A stretch of 64,000 nt of DNA from Eledone cirrhosa (GCA_964016885.1 OZ024748.1:5270001-5334000), one strand, 5' to 3'. Shown: positions 27,464 through 41,221, counted from the first letter of the stretch. Program-made: numbers and translations. Notes: a model not told the origin generated them from the sequence alone.

Positions 27464-28047
27464 ATTTCCAGCAACGATAATAAGAATCGAGATGATGATG
27501 ATGATGACGATGATGATGACGATGACGATGATGATGATATCGATCACGATAATGGTGAATAAATAAATAGAATTTTTTTTTTAATCACAATGTTTCTGGA
27601 ACAATTTAGAAATTCACCAAACGACTACTTTATGACTTGGAATTTATTGTTCAAGGATAAAAAACTAAGTGTTTAGGGTCTTTAATACAAAAGGAAGGTA
27701 TTGGTGATTGAGAGAGAGGGAGAGTGAAGAGAGGATGAGAGTTAAATGAAGGAGTTACTGCGCTGCCCTATACGGCCGTAAAACTGTCAAACGACACTCA
27801 TCGCTACTTTATTAACAGCCGCCATTATTGGGCTCGACAGCAATGAATCATGGGTAAATATGTTGCCTGTTGTTATTATGGTTGCTGGCTTAAAACAGGG
27901 TGTTTATCGTCTGCCAAAATGGAAGAAATGGAACGTGGCTAGTTATTGTTTAACAAAGCAAAGGTTTTATCTTCGTGCGGAATGAGTTTGTGTTTTTTAA
28001 GTCTGAGAGAGAAGAAGGGAGAGAAACAGAGAAACAGAGATTGGGTA

Positions 28048-28134
<87 letters not shown>

Positions 28135-29039
28135 ATGTGTGTGTAGGTCTATGTGCGTTTGTGAGTGAGAAAGCTGTGAATCGTGTGTATATGCGAGAGC
28201 GTGTGTGTATCTGTATAAAGATATGACGAGAAAAGCCGAAATAAAAAAAAGAAAATGACAAACTAAAGATTACTTTGGCAAATACATATATATGGAAAAA
28301 CAAAACTACACCAGTATTGGTTTGGTAGATATTTTAACGATCTTGAAAGAATAAAAGACAACGTTAACATCAGTGGAATTTGAACTCAGATCACAAAGAA
28401 CAAGAACGAATACTGCAAAATATTTTATCTAGATTTTTAACGACTTAACAAAATATATCTGCGATATTAATGTCACTTCTAGAGGTCATTATTAAAACTG
28501 TAATCTGAATTTATGATTTATATCTAAAAATGACTGAAAAATGAAAATAACAAATTATATTATACGAAGCTGATATAATATATGGTATCTAAATTCACAA
28601 AATATACATTAAAATACTTTTTATACATCTTACCAGCTAATGAAATAGGTGTACAAAAAAGTTATTCTTAAAAAATGGGAAATACGTTAAAAAAAGTATT
28701 AATAAATTCGAAATGTTTGGGTGACAGGAAAAAAAATAGGTAACGGATATCATTTTAGAATTCGGCACGCCAGATAACTTTCACTCCATTTCTCATGAAT
28801 TTCGATGTTAAATGTCATTTATATTTGGTTCTACACATAATTGAAATCATTAATAATCTCTTCTAAGATCAAGTTATAGAATAGACCCCAGGATATTTGT
28901 TAATGTAATAACATTAGCTATTGTTATGAGTCATGGGTAATGACCAAACGAATACAAATTATCTTTGGAGTAACATTACTTGATAGAGTGGAAGGTCGGA
29001 GATCAGGGAGTTGGGGCTTCTCCGCCAAGAGATATCACA

Positions 29040-29180
29040 GCTCCGATACATTGGGTTAGAATGTCTATAGAAAGCATCACTGTAGATATTTTAATGGAAA
29101 AGCCAACCAGCAAGAGACAAAGAGGTAGACTATGAGCAAAATGCTTGGATAACATCCATGAACTGGATTGGTCTTGCACA
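29040..29180 (+). pseudogene. Decayed 3' end of an RTE-type LINE ORF
   Basis: Reads ILMEKPTSKRQRGRL*AKCLDNIHELDWS, matching the RTE C-terminal motif G(K)RPRGRPR.RW.D.I. Confidence 0.5.
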
Positions 29181-29622
29181 AGGTTGCTTCTGACATGCTT
29201 GTCTGAAAACTCTATCCAGATAATCCTTCCAGGAATTCAAATTCGACCTCGGAGGGATTTGAACTTAGAGCTGAGAGAGATAGAACGAACACCATAAAGC
29301 TTTCCTCCTGACGTTCTAACGACTGTCGGTTCATTTCAAACGAGATGATTGCTTGCAGTCAAGTTCTAATTTAGCTATTAATTTATATTTTCTTACATTT
29401 ATCCATTCAGTGAGGATTCATGTAGCGTAAATGTGTCTTTATGTAATCTGTATATAATCTCCTGTCTGTGTGTATGTGAATGTTTGTGTGTATACGTGTA
29501 TGACATGGAAAATCTCGTGCTTGCAATACAGAAAAATGGTCGTTTTTCTTTTCTTTTTTTCTTTTTTTCATTTTTTCTTTTTTTGTTAAGCAAATATTAA
29601 ATAACTCATAAAGTTTAACATT

Positions 29623-29680
<58 letters not shown>

Positions 29681-30014
29681 AGATACTACTTATAGTTATG
29701 TATATACTAAACTGTAAACAACTATAAACAGAGAAGGTGAGTAATTTATTACTACCTTATTACCAGTAAGAAAAATATATATGTACCTGTATGATTCTTT
29801 AGTTGAATAGGAGGTTAATTATATGAACAAACATTAATAATGCTCCGCGGACTCCAATCTTAAGTTTGGAAGAAACGATTGCCAGCGATTAAATGTTTTA
29901 AACATAACTTCGATACTTGTGTAATCTCTCTCTCTCTATATATAATATATATATATATATAATATATATATATATATTAGGAGTTTATTGCTGTATTGGA
30001 CACACCTACACACA

Positions 30015-30060
<46 letters not shown>

Positions 30061-30094
30061 TATATATATATAAATATATATATAATTTATTTAG

Positions 30095-30296
30095 TGAAGG
30101 CGCATGGCTTAGTGGTTAGAGCTTTGGGCTTGCAATCGAAAGGTTGTGAGTTCAATTCTCGGACCGGGTGAGTAAGACACTTTATTTCACGTTACCCCAG
30201 TTTACTCCAGGGAGGATTCTTGTACTCTCAGTCGCTTCACGCCATGAAACTGGGATAAGCACCGGCCCAATGAGTCTTCTGGTTTAAGACAGACTT
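30095..30296 (+). mobile_element. SINE family 2 head/CORE with alternative 3' tail
   Basis: GAAGGCGCATGGCTTAGTGGTTAGAGC...GAGTTCAATTCTCGGACCGGGTGA is nearly identical to the 14135-14398 head. It has internal deletions and a different tail. Confidence 0.8.
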
Positions 30297-30981
30297 TATA
30301 ATTTTTTTAATATATATATAGGAAAAGAGTCAGGATCCCGACGGCTGAGTTACGGCCGTTTCGACAGCTAGATCCGAACTAATCCACCAGTATATATATA
30401 TATATATATATATATACTAGTAACAACCAGATGGTTACAACTGTGTAGGCGTACCAGCGTCCTATATATATGTATATATATATATATATATATATACCTA
30501 AGCAGTACATCTTTGGTGGTCTAAATCCTTCAGCCTTACAATTATGACATCTTTTGGGTTTTATTTTTTCATATACTTCTCTCTCCAGTATGCTTGTTCC
30601 TCTCCTGTCTTTTGTCCTCCATAATTACTTCCAATTTCAGCATATTTTTCTATATGCTTTCTATATAATTTACTTTTGTGATTTTTTTTTTTAACGTTTC
30701 CAGTTTCGCTAATTTAAACCACGGAATTTACTCCGTCACATAACGGTCCTGTTTGGCATTCTTTCTTGTTGTTCTTGGATTTTCTTTTGGTCTTCATTTT
30801 CTTCATCTTTTTGTTGCATTGTTTTCTTTTACACCTTTTATAATTGTTATCATTGTGGTTATTATTATCATTATTATCATCATCATCATCGTTATTATTA
30901 TTATTATTATTATTATTATTGTCCTATATCCGTTGCCCTTGTGCCAATAAACAAAATCATTATGTTCATTGTTCTTTTTAA

Positions 30982-31041
<60 letters not shown>

Positions 31042-31060
31042 GCTACTACTACTACTACTG

Positions 31061-31091
<31 letters not shown>

Positions 31092-31419
31092 GCTGGTAGT
31101 ACTAGTAGTCGTAGTAGTAGAATTTGCTGTTTTTTATGTTTGTATATATCCTTATATATTTTTTTCATTAAAACAATTCCTGTCTTTGACATTCAAGAAA
31201 CAAATGAGTTTCTAACTATGACACGTGACATTCTGACAGTCAAAACAGATGACTTGGGTCTCTAGCTTCCACTACAAAAAAAAACAAAAAACATTCTAAC
31301 ATGTTGTAGGAATTCTCTAGAATTTCCATTCGAAGCTTTTAGAAGGCTTAATTATTTTTAATTACCATCGCCTTCTTTCATTAGAGTGTCATTGGGACTT
31401 AAGCATAGCAAATTACTTC

Positions 31420-31612
31420 TGTCGCAGTTTTGGTAGAACGATGTAAAGTTATGGCCCTTTACATACTGAGTTCAAATCCCGCCAGTGTTAGCTTTGCCCT
31501 CCATCCTTACTGGGTCGATAAAATAAAGTACCTGTCACGCACTGAGGTTGATTTAATTGAATTCCCCCTCCCCCAAAATTGCTGGCCTAGTGCCTAAATA
31601 AAAAAAACATTA
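31420..31612 (+). mobile_element. SINE family 1 (long-tail form)
   Basis: Matches the family consensus and lies in tandem with the next copy. Confidence 0.85.
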
Positions 31613-31630
31613 TTATTATTATTAATAAAG

Positions 31631-31850
31631 AGCGGTGGATTGGTAGTCTCGGTAGTGGGTCGGACGCCATGCTTTGCAGCATAGAGTTACGCCCCTCTAC
31701 GGTCTGAGTTCAAATCCCGCTGAGGTTAACTTTGCCTTTCATCCATACGGGGTCGATAAAATAAAGTACCAGTCACGCACTGGAGTCGATTTAATCGACT
31801 TCCCCCCCAAAAAAATTGCTGGCCTTGTGCTTATATAAGAAACCATTATT
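31631..31850 (+). mobile_element. SINE family 1, full length (long-tail form)
   Basis: GCGGTGGATTGGTAGTCTCGGTAG (A box)...GAGTTCAAATCCC (B box), central domain, GTCGATTTAATCGAC hairpin and tail. Confidence 0.92.
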
Positions 31851-32339
31851 ATTAACACCCCTTCCACAACCACTACTACTACTACTAGTACTACTACTAC
31901 TACTACTACCAGCCCTATCTCTATCAGAACCACCACCACCACCACCACCACCACCAATGCTACTACTACTAATACTACTACCACCACACCAACCACATGC
32001 CCATAATATCGGATCTGTGATCTCTCAATTCGGAGAAGTAGCGGCTCTACCTGGAATGACTCATTATAGTGTTGATAAAATAAAATACCAGTAAAATACT
32101 GCTAATCTATCCCCCGCCTTCCCTAAATTGCTGTCCTTGTGCCTAAATTAGAAGCCATTATAAAGATTCTTACACGGCATCCATCTTATTTTTAAAACAA
32201 CTCTCTTCCAGTTTATGTCCTCTTTATGGATTCCACCGCCTCGTTTAACCAATCCTTGCTAATGGCATTGAAACAGCATTGAAGACACGAGATGTGCATT
32301 AATTCAGTCACATTAAACTATTAAAGATCGGGGAAGAAC

Positions 32340-32340
32340 G

Positions 32341-32381
<41 letters not shown>

Positions 32382-32412
32382 ACACACAAGAACACGCAGA
32401 AGAATACACGCG

Positions 32413-32479
<67 letters not shown>

Positions 32480-32511
32480 ACACACAAGAACACGCAGAAG
32501 AATACACGCGC

Positions 32512-32571
<60 letters not shown>

Positions 32572-32605
32572 GAACACACAAGAACACGCAGAAGAATACA
32601 CGCGC

Positions 32606-32691
<86 letters not shown>

Positions 32692-32741
32692 ACACACAAG
32701 AACACGCAGAAGAATACACGCGCACACACACACACACGCAC

Positions 32742-32812
<71 letters not shown>

Positions 32813-32816
32813 CACA
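32340..32816. repeat. (CA)n array punctuated by a constant block
   Basis: Four copies of GAACACACAAGAACACGCAGAAGAATACACGCGCAC separated by variable (CA)n. Confidence 0.9.
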
Positions 32817-33013
32817 TGAAGACACGCGTTAACTGGGATATCAGACAAGTAGAATATTGGAAAGATCGCATAAGCATGAAACACAAGTAACCAGATATAA
32901 AATTAATGTATCGAGTACCACTTTTCACATTAGTTCACAAAAAGTAAAATTATACATACGTATAATTATACATACGTATAATACGTATATATAGATGCAC
33001 ATAATTTTTTATA

Positions 33014-33114
33014 CAGATTGTGCCCCCAAAATGTATATACACTTTGATTACCTGTACAGGCAATATTTCTTAGAGTACTGTTGAAGTGCGCATAAATATT
33101 TTTGGGATACCCTC
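33014..33114. mobile_element. Second copy of the ~100-bp Tc1/mariner-type MITE
   Basis: Reverse-complement homolog of 53-149, with TA flanks. Confidence 0.6.
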
Positions 33115-33191
33115 TATATATATGTACATATATGTGTGCATGTCATTCTGTGCATGTATAAATGTGTATACTTCGATTCTAAAGTTTATGT

Positions 33192-33353
33192 CAGGGTTTC
33201 CCAAGCTTTTTCAAAGACAGAACGCTTTTTGGTGCAGAAACTTTTGGAAGAACCCCAAAGTCTAATACTGTTATATTGTCGTAATATAAATATACTCCTT
33301 TTACACGGAACCCCAGACACCTCCTTTGCATAACCCTTATAATGAGACCACTG
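33192..33353. mobile_element. Possible hAT-type MITE
   Basis: Ends CAGGGTTTCCCAA ... TGAGACCACTG resemble hAT/Charlie TIRs. No clear 8-bp TSD. Confidence 0.35.
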
Positions 33354-33736
33354 TTCTACATCATACTTCAGATATTTTATTTGAAATCCAATGTAATTTT
33401 ATTAAGGTCTTTCATTTCCTTTAACCTGTTCCATCACTCCATTCGTTCACTCAAACTTCCGGCACATCTCAATGTTTTTTTAGAGTGGTGGTAGGTTGCT
33501 CACACAGCTTTCATTGTTGTTTTATTTCTAAATTCATTATAATTATTTTTGTATATTTTAAAATCTCTTTCGTTTAATTATTTCACTGTTTTCAATCATT
33601 AAACTGTAGCAATGCTGGGGCACCAATCTTAAATATATTTTTTAGTCGAATACATCGTATACATACATAAATATACACACACTCACATATTTATATATAT
33701 ATATTGTACCGATTGTGTTGTTATATCTGTTTACCT

Positions 33737-33769
<33 letters not shown>

Positions 33770-33770
<1 letters not shown>

Positions 33771-33916
33771 GGTTGAACACTGGAAGGTTATATCCGTAGT
33801 GGTAGAGCACTCAGTCCATGGGACGAGCTAGGAAGAAGTGGTTACACAACAGTTAGTTCACCATACCGAGAACAATTGTTTCTCGGTATGGTGAATTAAC
33901 TGTTGTGTAACCACTT
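33770..33916. mobile_element. Family B fold-back copy
   Basis: Palindrome 33836-33916 is centred on GAAC-AATT-GTTTC, the hammerhead loop III palindrome. Confidence 0.85.
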
Positions 33917-34302
33917 ATATATATATATATATATATATATAATGACGGCGATGAATTTGTTTTGCGAGGTTTTTGATATGAAATATGACCCTCCCCAAGT
34001 ATAACAAATAGTGTTATACATGGGGAGGGTCATATTGTTGTAATAATATTGCCAGAAATAATAACAGAACACACTCACTGTTTGGTTGGTTTTCGTTTCT
34101 GTATCTTTTATTTTTGTTAGACTATATATATATGTGTTTATATCTATATTGTATCTGTATTTTTGACCGTTGGTCAGTAAATGGTAAACATGAGGACCGA
34201 ATGAATTAACTGTGGAGATATAAAAGATACAACCAAAAAGTGAGTGTGTTCCGTTATTATTTTTGGCAATATTATTACAACAATATGACCCTCCCCAAAT
34301 AT

Positions 34303-34356
<54 letters not shown>

Positions 34357-35207
34357 TTATATATATATATATATATTTATTAAAATAACAGATTAAAGTT
34401 TAAGCAAAGAATCACTGCTTTCACCCATGCTCTACGGTTCTTATATATTTGATATATATTTATCCTTATCAAGCCCTCTTTGGATTTTAGTCTTCAAATT
34501 TATTATTATTACTATATATATATATATATATATATATAGCTACACATACACGTGAGTTTCAGAAGATCCCGTTAGGGGAGAAAGCAGCGATTCTTTGCTT
34601 AAACTTTAATCTGTTATTTTAATAAATATATATGTATGTATAAACATACATACACATACATAAATATATTCCCACACATACATATATATATACATACATA
34701 TATACATACAATAACACACATATATATATGTGTGTGTGTGTGTGTGCGAGCGTGTGTATTCACACTTGTTTATATTCATGCACATACATGCATAGCTACA
34801 CATACACCTAGATATATACATACATTTATCTGATACTCGACCAACGTGGTTTGTAAAGACAAGAGGGCGTGTACGTTATTCGCGTGTCACAGCTCAGTAG
34901 TTTTCAATGAAGCGTGGAACACGAAGTGACACGACCCTCTCTTTCTTCAAACAATGATTCCTTATCTTCAAAGAATATCTTTAATTTATTGGCTGTAAGA
35001 TAGCTTTAATTGTATTAACAACACTTTTAACTGGTTGATTTACACAGGTATAACAACTGTCAAATCTTATCACATATAACTTCCCCTTTTCTCACTCACA
35101 CATATTTTTCCGGTTCTTTTTCACCCCATCCGTCTCTCTCAATCTCTCTTCCTCCTTCTTTTAGCATCCATCTCACGCCATCTCTCCTTGTATTAACTAT
35201 ATATATA

Positions 35208-35396
35208 GTGGTGGATTGGTAGTATCGGTAGAGGGTCGGACACTATGCTTTGACGTATAGAGTTACGCCCCTTGCCATTCTGAGTTCAAATCGCGCCAAG
35301 GTTAACTTTGCCTTTCATCCTTACGGGGTCGATAAAATAAAGTACCAGTAATGCACTGGGTAATTGCTGGTCTTGTGCCCAAAGTAGAAACAATTA
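35208..35396 (+). mobile_element. SINE family 1, full length (short-tail form)
   Basis: A box, B box, central domain and CAGTAATGCACTGGGTAATTGCTGG tail. Confidence 0.92.
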
Positions 35397-35719
35397 AGTA
35401 TATATATAGTATGTTTTTATCTATCTATCTATTTATCTATACATTATACATACATGTATGTGTAGGTTTCGCTTTCTTTATTTCGAGTTTATTGCGACCG
35501 GCCAACTTCCCAGTGGCACAATAGTAAAGAAAAGGAACTTTCCTTCGAACCTTTGCTCAGTCGATTTTAACTTTAAATAAAAAAAATGTTTTACAGATTT
35601 TGAAAGTTGGTAGCTGTCTGTATTAGGGAGCTGCTTTCTCCATGAACCCAAATTCATTCATAATACGATAAAGGTGGATTGGTATATATTCCCTAGCTCC
35701 AATAATAATGATAATAATA

Positions 35720-35905
35720 ATGTTTCTACTTTTGGCAATTACCAAAATTAGGTCAGCAATTACCCCAGTGCATTACAGGTACTTTATTTTATCGACCCCG
35801 TAAGGATGAAAGGCAAAGTTAACCTTAGAGGATTTGAATTCAGAACGTAAAGAGCTATAACAAAGCATGGTGTCTGACGGTCTACCGATACTGCCAAACC
35901 ACCGA
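35720..35905 (-). mobile_element. SINE family 1 (short-tail form)
   Basis: Reverse complement of the consensus. Confidence 0.88.
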
Positions 35906-36354
35906 TAATAATAATATATTCATGAATTTTAATATGTGTTGGGTACTGAATCTGCAAACTCCTCATCAATGGCCCATAAGTATCCTTTTTCTCTTTAAAT
36001 TTTCCTATTAATTTAACATCGTGTGGGCCGCAATAGTACATATTTTCACACAACAATACCAGACCGGTTGGGTTTTTATTTTGAGGTTTCACAAATATTT
36101 CTTTAACCATCACTCTCAATATGTTGATCTCTATTTGTTCTGAATGTCCTTTTCCGTAGTGCATTCAGGATTGTCCTGGCTATGACATCACATCCAAGGG
36201 GAAAGTAGTAACGAGAAGACATTATTTTCCATTTAGCAATAAGATGGCTAACATCTTCAGTCTTTGTTTTGCTCTCCCCACATTCATTATCAGCTGATGA
36301 ATTTCCTTTATTTGTGCAGAGGGTACTTCTTGGAGATTTCTAGTTCCTAGATTG

Positions 36355-37230
36355 CAGGTAGACCACACGACCTGGTAGACCACACGACCTGGTAGACCAC
36401 ACACTAAAGTGTAAAAGTCCAGTTAGACTTCACAAGGATCTGTAAATGGCTTGGCAGTCTAGACACTGAACTGTAAATGACCAAATAAACCATACACTAC
36501 AATTTAAATGAGCAGGTAGACAGCTTACTAAAGTGTAAATGAGCAGGTAGACAGCTTACTAAAGTCTAAATGACCAGGTAGACCGCATACTAAAGTGTAA
36601 ATGACCAGGTAGACCGCAAACTAAAACCGTAACTCTCAAATAAAAATAAAATACCTGTCTTCTTCTGTCTTGAATTATTTTCAATTTAATGAGGAACTAA
36701 ATATAGTATAGGGTATAACGGTAATTTACATTTTACTGTCTTATCTACCTGGTAATTTATACTTTAGTTTGTAGTCTACTTGGTCATTTATACTTTAGTT
36801 TGTAGTCTACCTGGTTATTTACACTGTAGTACGTGGTCTACCTGGTCATTTACATTTTAGTATGTAGTCTACCTGGTCATTTATACTTTAGTTTGTAGTC
36901 TACCTGGTCATTCATATTTTAGTTTGTAGTCTACTGGTTATTAACACTTTAGTTTATGGTCTACCTGGTCATTTATACTATAGTATGTGGTCTACCTGGT
37001 CATTTATACTGTAGTATGTAGTCTACCTGCTCATTTATACTTTAGATTGTCGTCTACCTGGTCATTAACACTTTAGTATATAGACTACCTGGTCATTTAT
37101 ACTTTAGTTTATGGTCTACCTGGTCATTAACACTTTAGTGTGAGGTTTACCGGGTCATTTATACTTTCAATCGTGGTGTAGTAGGTCCTTTACACTTCAA
37201 AAGTATGTGGCCTAAATGGTCAGTTTACAA
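36355..37230. repeat. Two arrays of a 31-bp minisatellite in inverted orientation (Foldback-like)
   Basis: Left array about 36355-36627, unit TAAAGTGTAAATGACCAGGTAGACCGCATAC. Right array about 36720-37230, unit GTAGTCTACCTGGTCATTTATACTTTAGTTT (its reverse complement). An AT-rich spacer of about 100 bp separates them. Confidence 0.85.
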
Positions 37231-37689
37231 TGGATTGACCTTTGCCAAAAGAAATTTATTAAAAAAAGCAACAAATTGGTCCCATGTTCAAATTCTGCCA
37301 GAATCGACACCACTAGACGTCTCCCCCATACACATAACAATTACAAACAATTACATTATATAAGTGGCGAATACGCAAAGTCGCTAGAACATCGGATAGA
37401 ATGCGTCTCTGTGCCCTGAGTTCTAATCCAGCCGACGTCAACGTTGCCTTTTATCATTTTGAGGTTGATAAATAAAGTACTAGAATCGTTTCTTCCCATA
37501 TAGCTCTTTCTCACTTCCTCTTTATTCTTCTCAAGAATAAATCAGCTGCGTTCAGAATTAACAATGTATGGATTTAAAATGTCGAGAAGATAATTGACTC
37601 ATGGAACTTCCTATATTATAATTCAGTTTACAGGAAAATAGTCACCCCTACTAAATTTTCAATATAGCTCAACCCACCAAAATTCATTA

Positions 37690-37782
37690 ATTTTGCCTTT
37701 CATCCATACGGGGTCGATAAAATAAAGTACCAGTAATGTACTGGGTAATTGCTGGCCTTGTGCCAACAGTAGAAGCAATTAT
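37690..37782 (+). mobile_element. SINE family 1, 3' half
   Basis: TTTGCCTTTCATCCATACGGGGTCGATAAAATAAAGTACCAGT... Confidence 0.85.
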
Positions 37783-38037
37783 TAATTATAAATTACACGT
37801 CTTAGGTTCAAATCTTGGTTTTAATATTTTTTGTGGAAAATGATATATTTACATTTATTATGAATAAATTAAATTTTACTTAATTAAGTACACAATTTTT
37901 CTAATCAAATTAATCATTCTCATTAAGCCATTCTTTTTACGAAAATATAGGATTCTAGATTTTCAAAACCAGCCTGATGCAACAAGACAGGCATGGGAGG
38001 CAACTCTGACTAGACTTAAATATTCTTATATATATAA

Positions 38038-38378
38038 TAGTTTCTGATCAATCAAACGGGCAGTGGAGGGGAAGTCGATTAAATCGACCTCAGTTTTTTC
38101 TGGAACTTTATTTTATCAACATCGTAATGATGGAAGGCAAAACTAACCTCGGTGGGATTTGAACTCAGAACGTAAAGGGCTGTACGTCTATGCTAGAAAG
38201 CATATTATTTGGCACTCTACCGATACTGCCAATCCACCGCCCTTCTTATGTAGTGTATAATGATTTCTTATATAGGCACAATTTGGGGGGAGGGGAAAGT
38301 CGATTAAATCGACCCCAGTACGTGACTGGTACTTTATTTTATCGACCCCGTAAGGATGAAAGGCAAAATTAACCTCGA
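38038..38378 (-). mobile_element. Two tandem SINE family 1 copies (38038-38240, 38262-38378)
   Basis: Both match the reverse complement of the consensus. Confidence 0.85.
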
Positions 38379-39657
38379 ATGAAACTAGTTTAGGTAGAAA
38401 CACCGTTAATGTTTAAGGCAGAAAGAAGCAAGAAGTTGTGGTATCCATGCATCTACCAAAGACAATATTTATGTTGTAAATCGCTGACTGAGTGGTTAAG
38501 TAGTTCCTGTTGCAATCTTAAGAACGTAGGTTCGATCTATACATACTTCGAGTGAGAAGGAACTTTTATCCTAGTGCCGTGTTTATTTCATTTTAAATGA
38601 AATTTGGTAGACGGAAACAGTAGCCCATTGTGTGTTTATGTATGTATGTATGTATGTATGTATGTATGTATGTATGTCAATTACACACACACACACACTC
38701 TCTCTCTCTTCATAGCTCGATCTTTCGAAACACGCAACAGACTACCCCCCCCCACTCACGAAAGTAACTCGTTGGGCCCCGTTCTTTCAACTGCGTCCAT
38801 GCTGCCTTTTCCCTATGTGTAAGATCCAATATATTCTTTGTTCTAAGAAGGCATGTTATAAATTTAAGCAAAATTTAGCTGATATTTCTAGTAGGTCGAG
38901 GCAACGCAATGAAGGTCCATCGCAGGATCTAATGATTTATTTAATAACATAAAATCGAAACAGGGCCGTCATATATTTCTCATCAATTCCCCGCTGAATT
39001 ATATTTTCCATCATACTTGAAATATATAAACATTGGCCCCGAATTATAGGAAATGAATATAAGTTGATTAAATCAACCTTAATATTTGGGTGGCAATTAT
39101 TTTTATCGACCTCATGGAACGGGAGATGTAACTAAGTCAAACATGATAACTGAGAGGATTTTAACAAAGAACGTAAGGGGACGCAACTTAAATATCACAA
39201 ACACTTTATACGCTGAAGCACGAAAAAACATTTTGGTTTTTAAAGGAATCAACCTGATATTGGGTTCTCATATTAATGAGGCTTCGATGTAAAATAAAAA
39301 TATTTTCCCTTTAACTAGGAAAAGCAAACTTACATATATATGATAAAAAAAGAGCTTTAAATGTCATTATTTGTTCATGCTTCTTTTAATTCTTAAGAAT
39401 ATATTCACGGTCTACAGCGATGTTTACAATATAGTTATATACGTTGACAAAATAAATAGTTTTACGGTCGAAGGGAAATTATTCTGTGTGGACTGAAAAA
39501 TTTAATGCCATAGATGAAAATGGTTACGTCCCTTGGAACACTAACCATACAGTGTCACTCGGTTGATGTGTATTAAAGGACGTGTGATGTCACATAGTAA
39601 ATTAATTTTTTTATACATATATAGTGTTGTTTTAGTTATTATTAATACACTGAAAAT

Positions 39658-39812
39658 CCCTTTATGTTCTGAGTTCAAATCCCGCCGAGGTTATCTTTGC
39701 CTTTCATCTTTACGGCGTTGATAAAATAAAGTACCAGTAATGAATTGGTGTCCATTTAATCGACTACCCCTCCCCGAAATTTGTTGGCCCTATCACAAAA
39801 TCAGAAAACATT
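39658..39812 (+). mobile_element. SINE family 1
   Basis: GAGTTCAAATCCCGCCGAGG through to the tail. Confidence 0.85.
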
Positions 39813-39989
39813 AATATATGACTAAAATCTAAACCTGATAAATCTGGGTTAATCCTGTTAATACACAATTAACAACAATTAAACTCCACCAAATTGATTC
39901 ATTTTACCGTCTACTACTACTACTACTACTACTATTACTACTACTACTACTACGACTACAACTACAATCAGAATTATTCCTAACATCAC

Positions 39990-40412
39990 CCCGAAGCCAA
40001 CACTTTGTGGGTAAAAGAAAATTGATTTAATTGACCACAGTACTTCGGTGGTTCTGTATTTCTATCGATCTTAGAAGGATGAAAGGCGAATGAGTTTCGC
40101 CGGGTTTTGAACTCAGAGCGTCGAAAGTCCTAACTAAACACCATAAACTATTTTGTGCGACGCTCTACCGATACTGCCAATTTCCCACCCGAATATCATA
40201 ATAATAGTTTCTGATTTAGGCACAAGGCCAGCAGTTTTAGGCGAGGGTAAAGTCGATTAACTCACCCTCAACGCTAACTGGTACTTTATGTTATCGACCC
40301 CGTAAGGATGAAAGGCAAATCTAACCTCGGCGGGATTTGAACTGGGGGTCGACTTAATCGACATTACACTCCCATAAAATTGCTGGCCTTGTGCCTAAAT
40401 CAAAAACCAATA
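39990..40412. mobile_element. SINE family 1 cluster (39990-40190 -, 40206-40343 -, 40341-40412 +)
   Basis: Consensus matches. The last two copies are joined directly in opposite orientation. Confidence 0.8.
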
Positions 40413-40703
40413 TTAATAATATTAATGTCTTAAAGATTGTTAAGTGGCCAGCTAAAATATTTGATAGGTCTTAGTAAACATAATATATGCTGCGAATATA
40501 AAGAAATATATAGGTATTGTAATAGTGTGACTGGGAATATGTGGAAATAGTCAGAAGACTTTCAATGTCAACAAAAGACCTCAGAACCTCCAAATTTTAT
40601 AGTATTTTCCATCACCTAAATCAACAACAAATACTCAAACAGCTGCGATGGTTATGATGGGTTGGGTGAAAACTAGGCAAACGTCTACCAAAACCTCTGA
40701 ATA

Positions 40704-40779
<76 letters not shown>

Positions 40780-41014
40780 ACATAATATACATACAGTCAT
40801 TACATATAAATAAGGATATATATAAATATTTATATATATTGCATGCATATGAATGTGTGGATATTAATATATATTTGCTGTGAATATGCCTTACCATGTT
40901 TATCATGATGTATATATATGCGCATTATATGAAGATACATGCACGTTTGCGACTGCATTCGCATCATTAAAAGGGAATGCTACAAAAGAGATATGAGATA
41001 GGTTAGCTCACACA

Positions 41015-41066
<52 letters not shown>

Positions 41067-41221
41067 CACACACACATATATACATACTTACATATATATG
41101 GTCATACATATATATATACATGTATATATGTGGGTGTATGTGTTGGTGACTGTATGTGTGTACGTATATATATATATATATACAATTATTTATGTGTGTG
41201 TGTGTGTATATACACGTCGCA

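Noticed and set aside
30095-30170. tRNA-like sequences with A and B boxes (also 14325-14398, 31631-31720, 35208-35297, 38480-38540)
   Set aside because: They continue directly into SINE body sequence and lack a proper acceptor stem, so they are SINE heads and not tRNA genes.
32340-32816. Constant repeat plus variable spacer, superficially CRISPR-like (also 36720-37230 and 4010-4250)
   Set aside because: The spacers are (CA)n or absent, the context is eukaryotic, and there are no cas genes.
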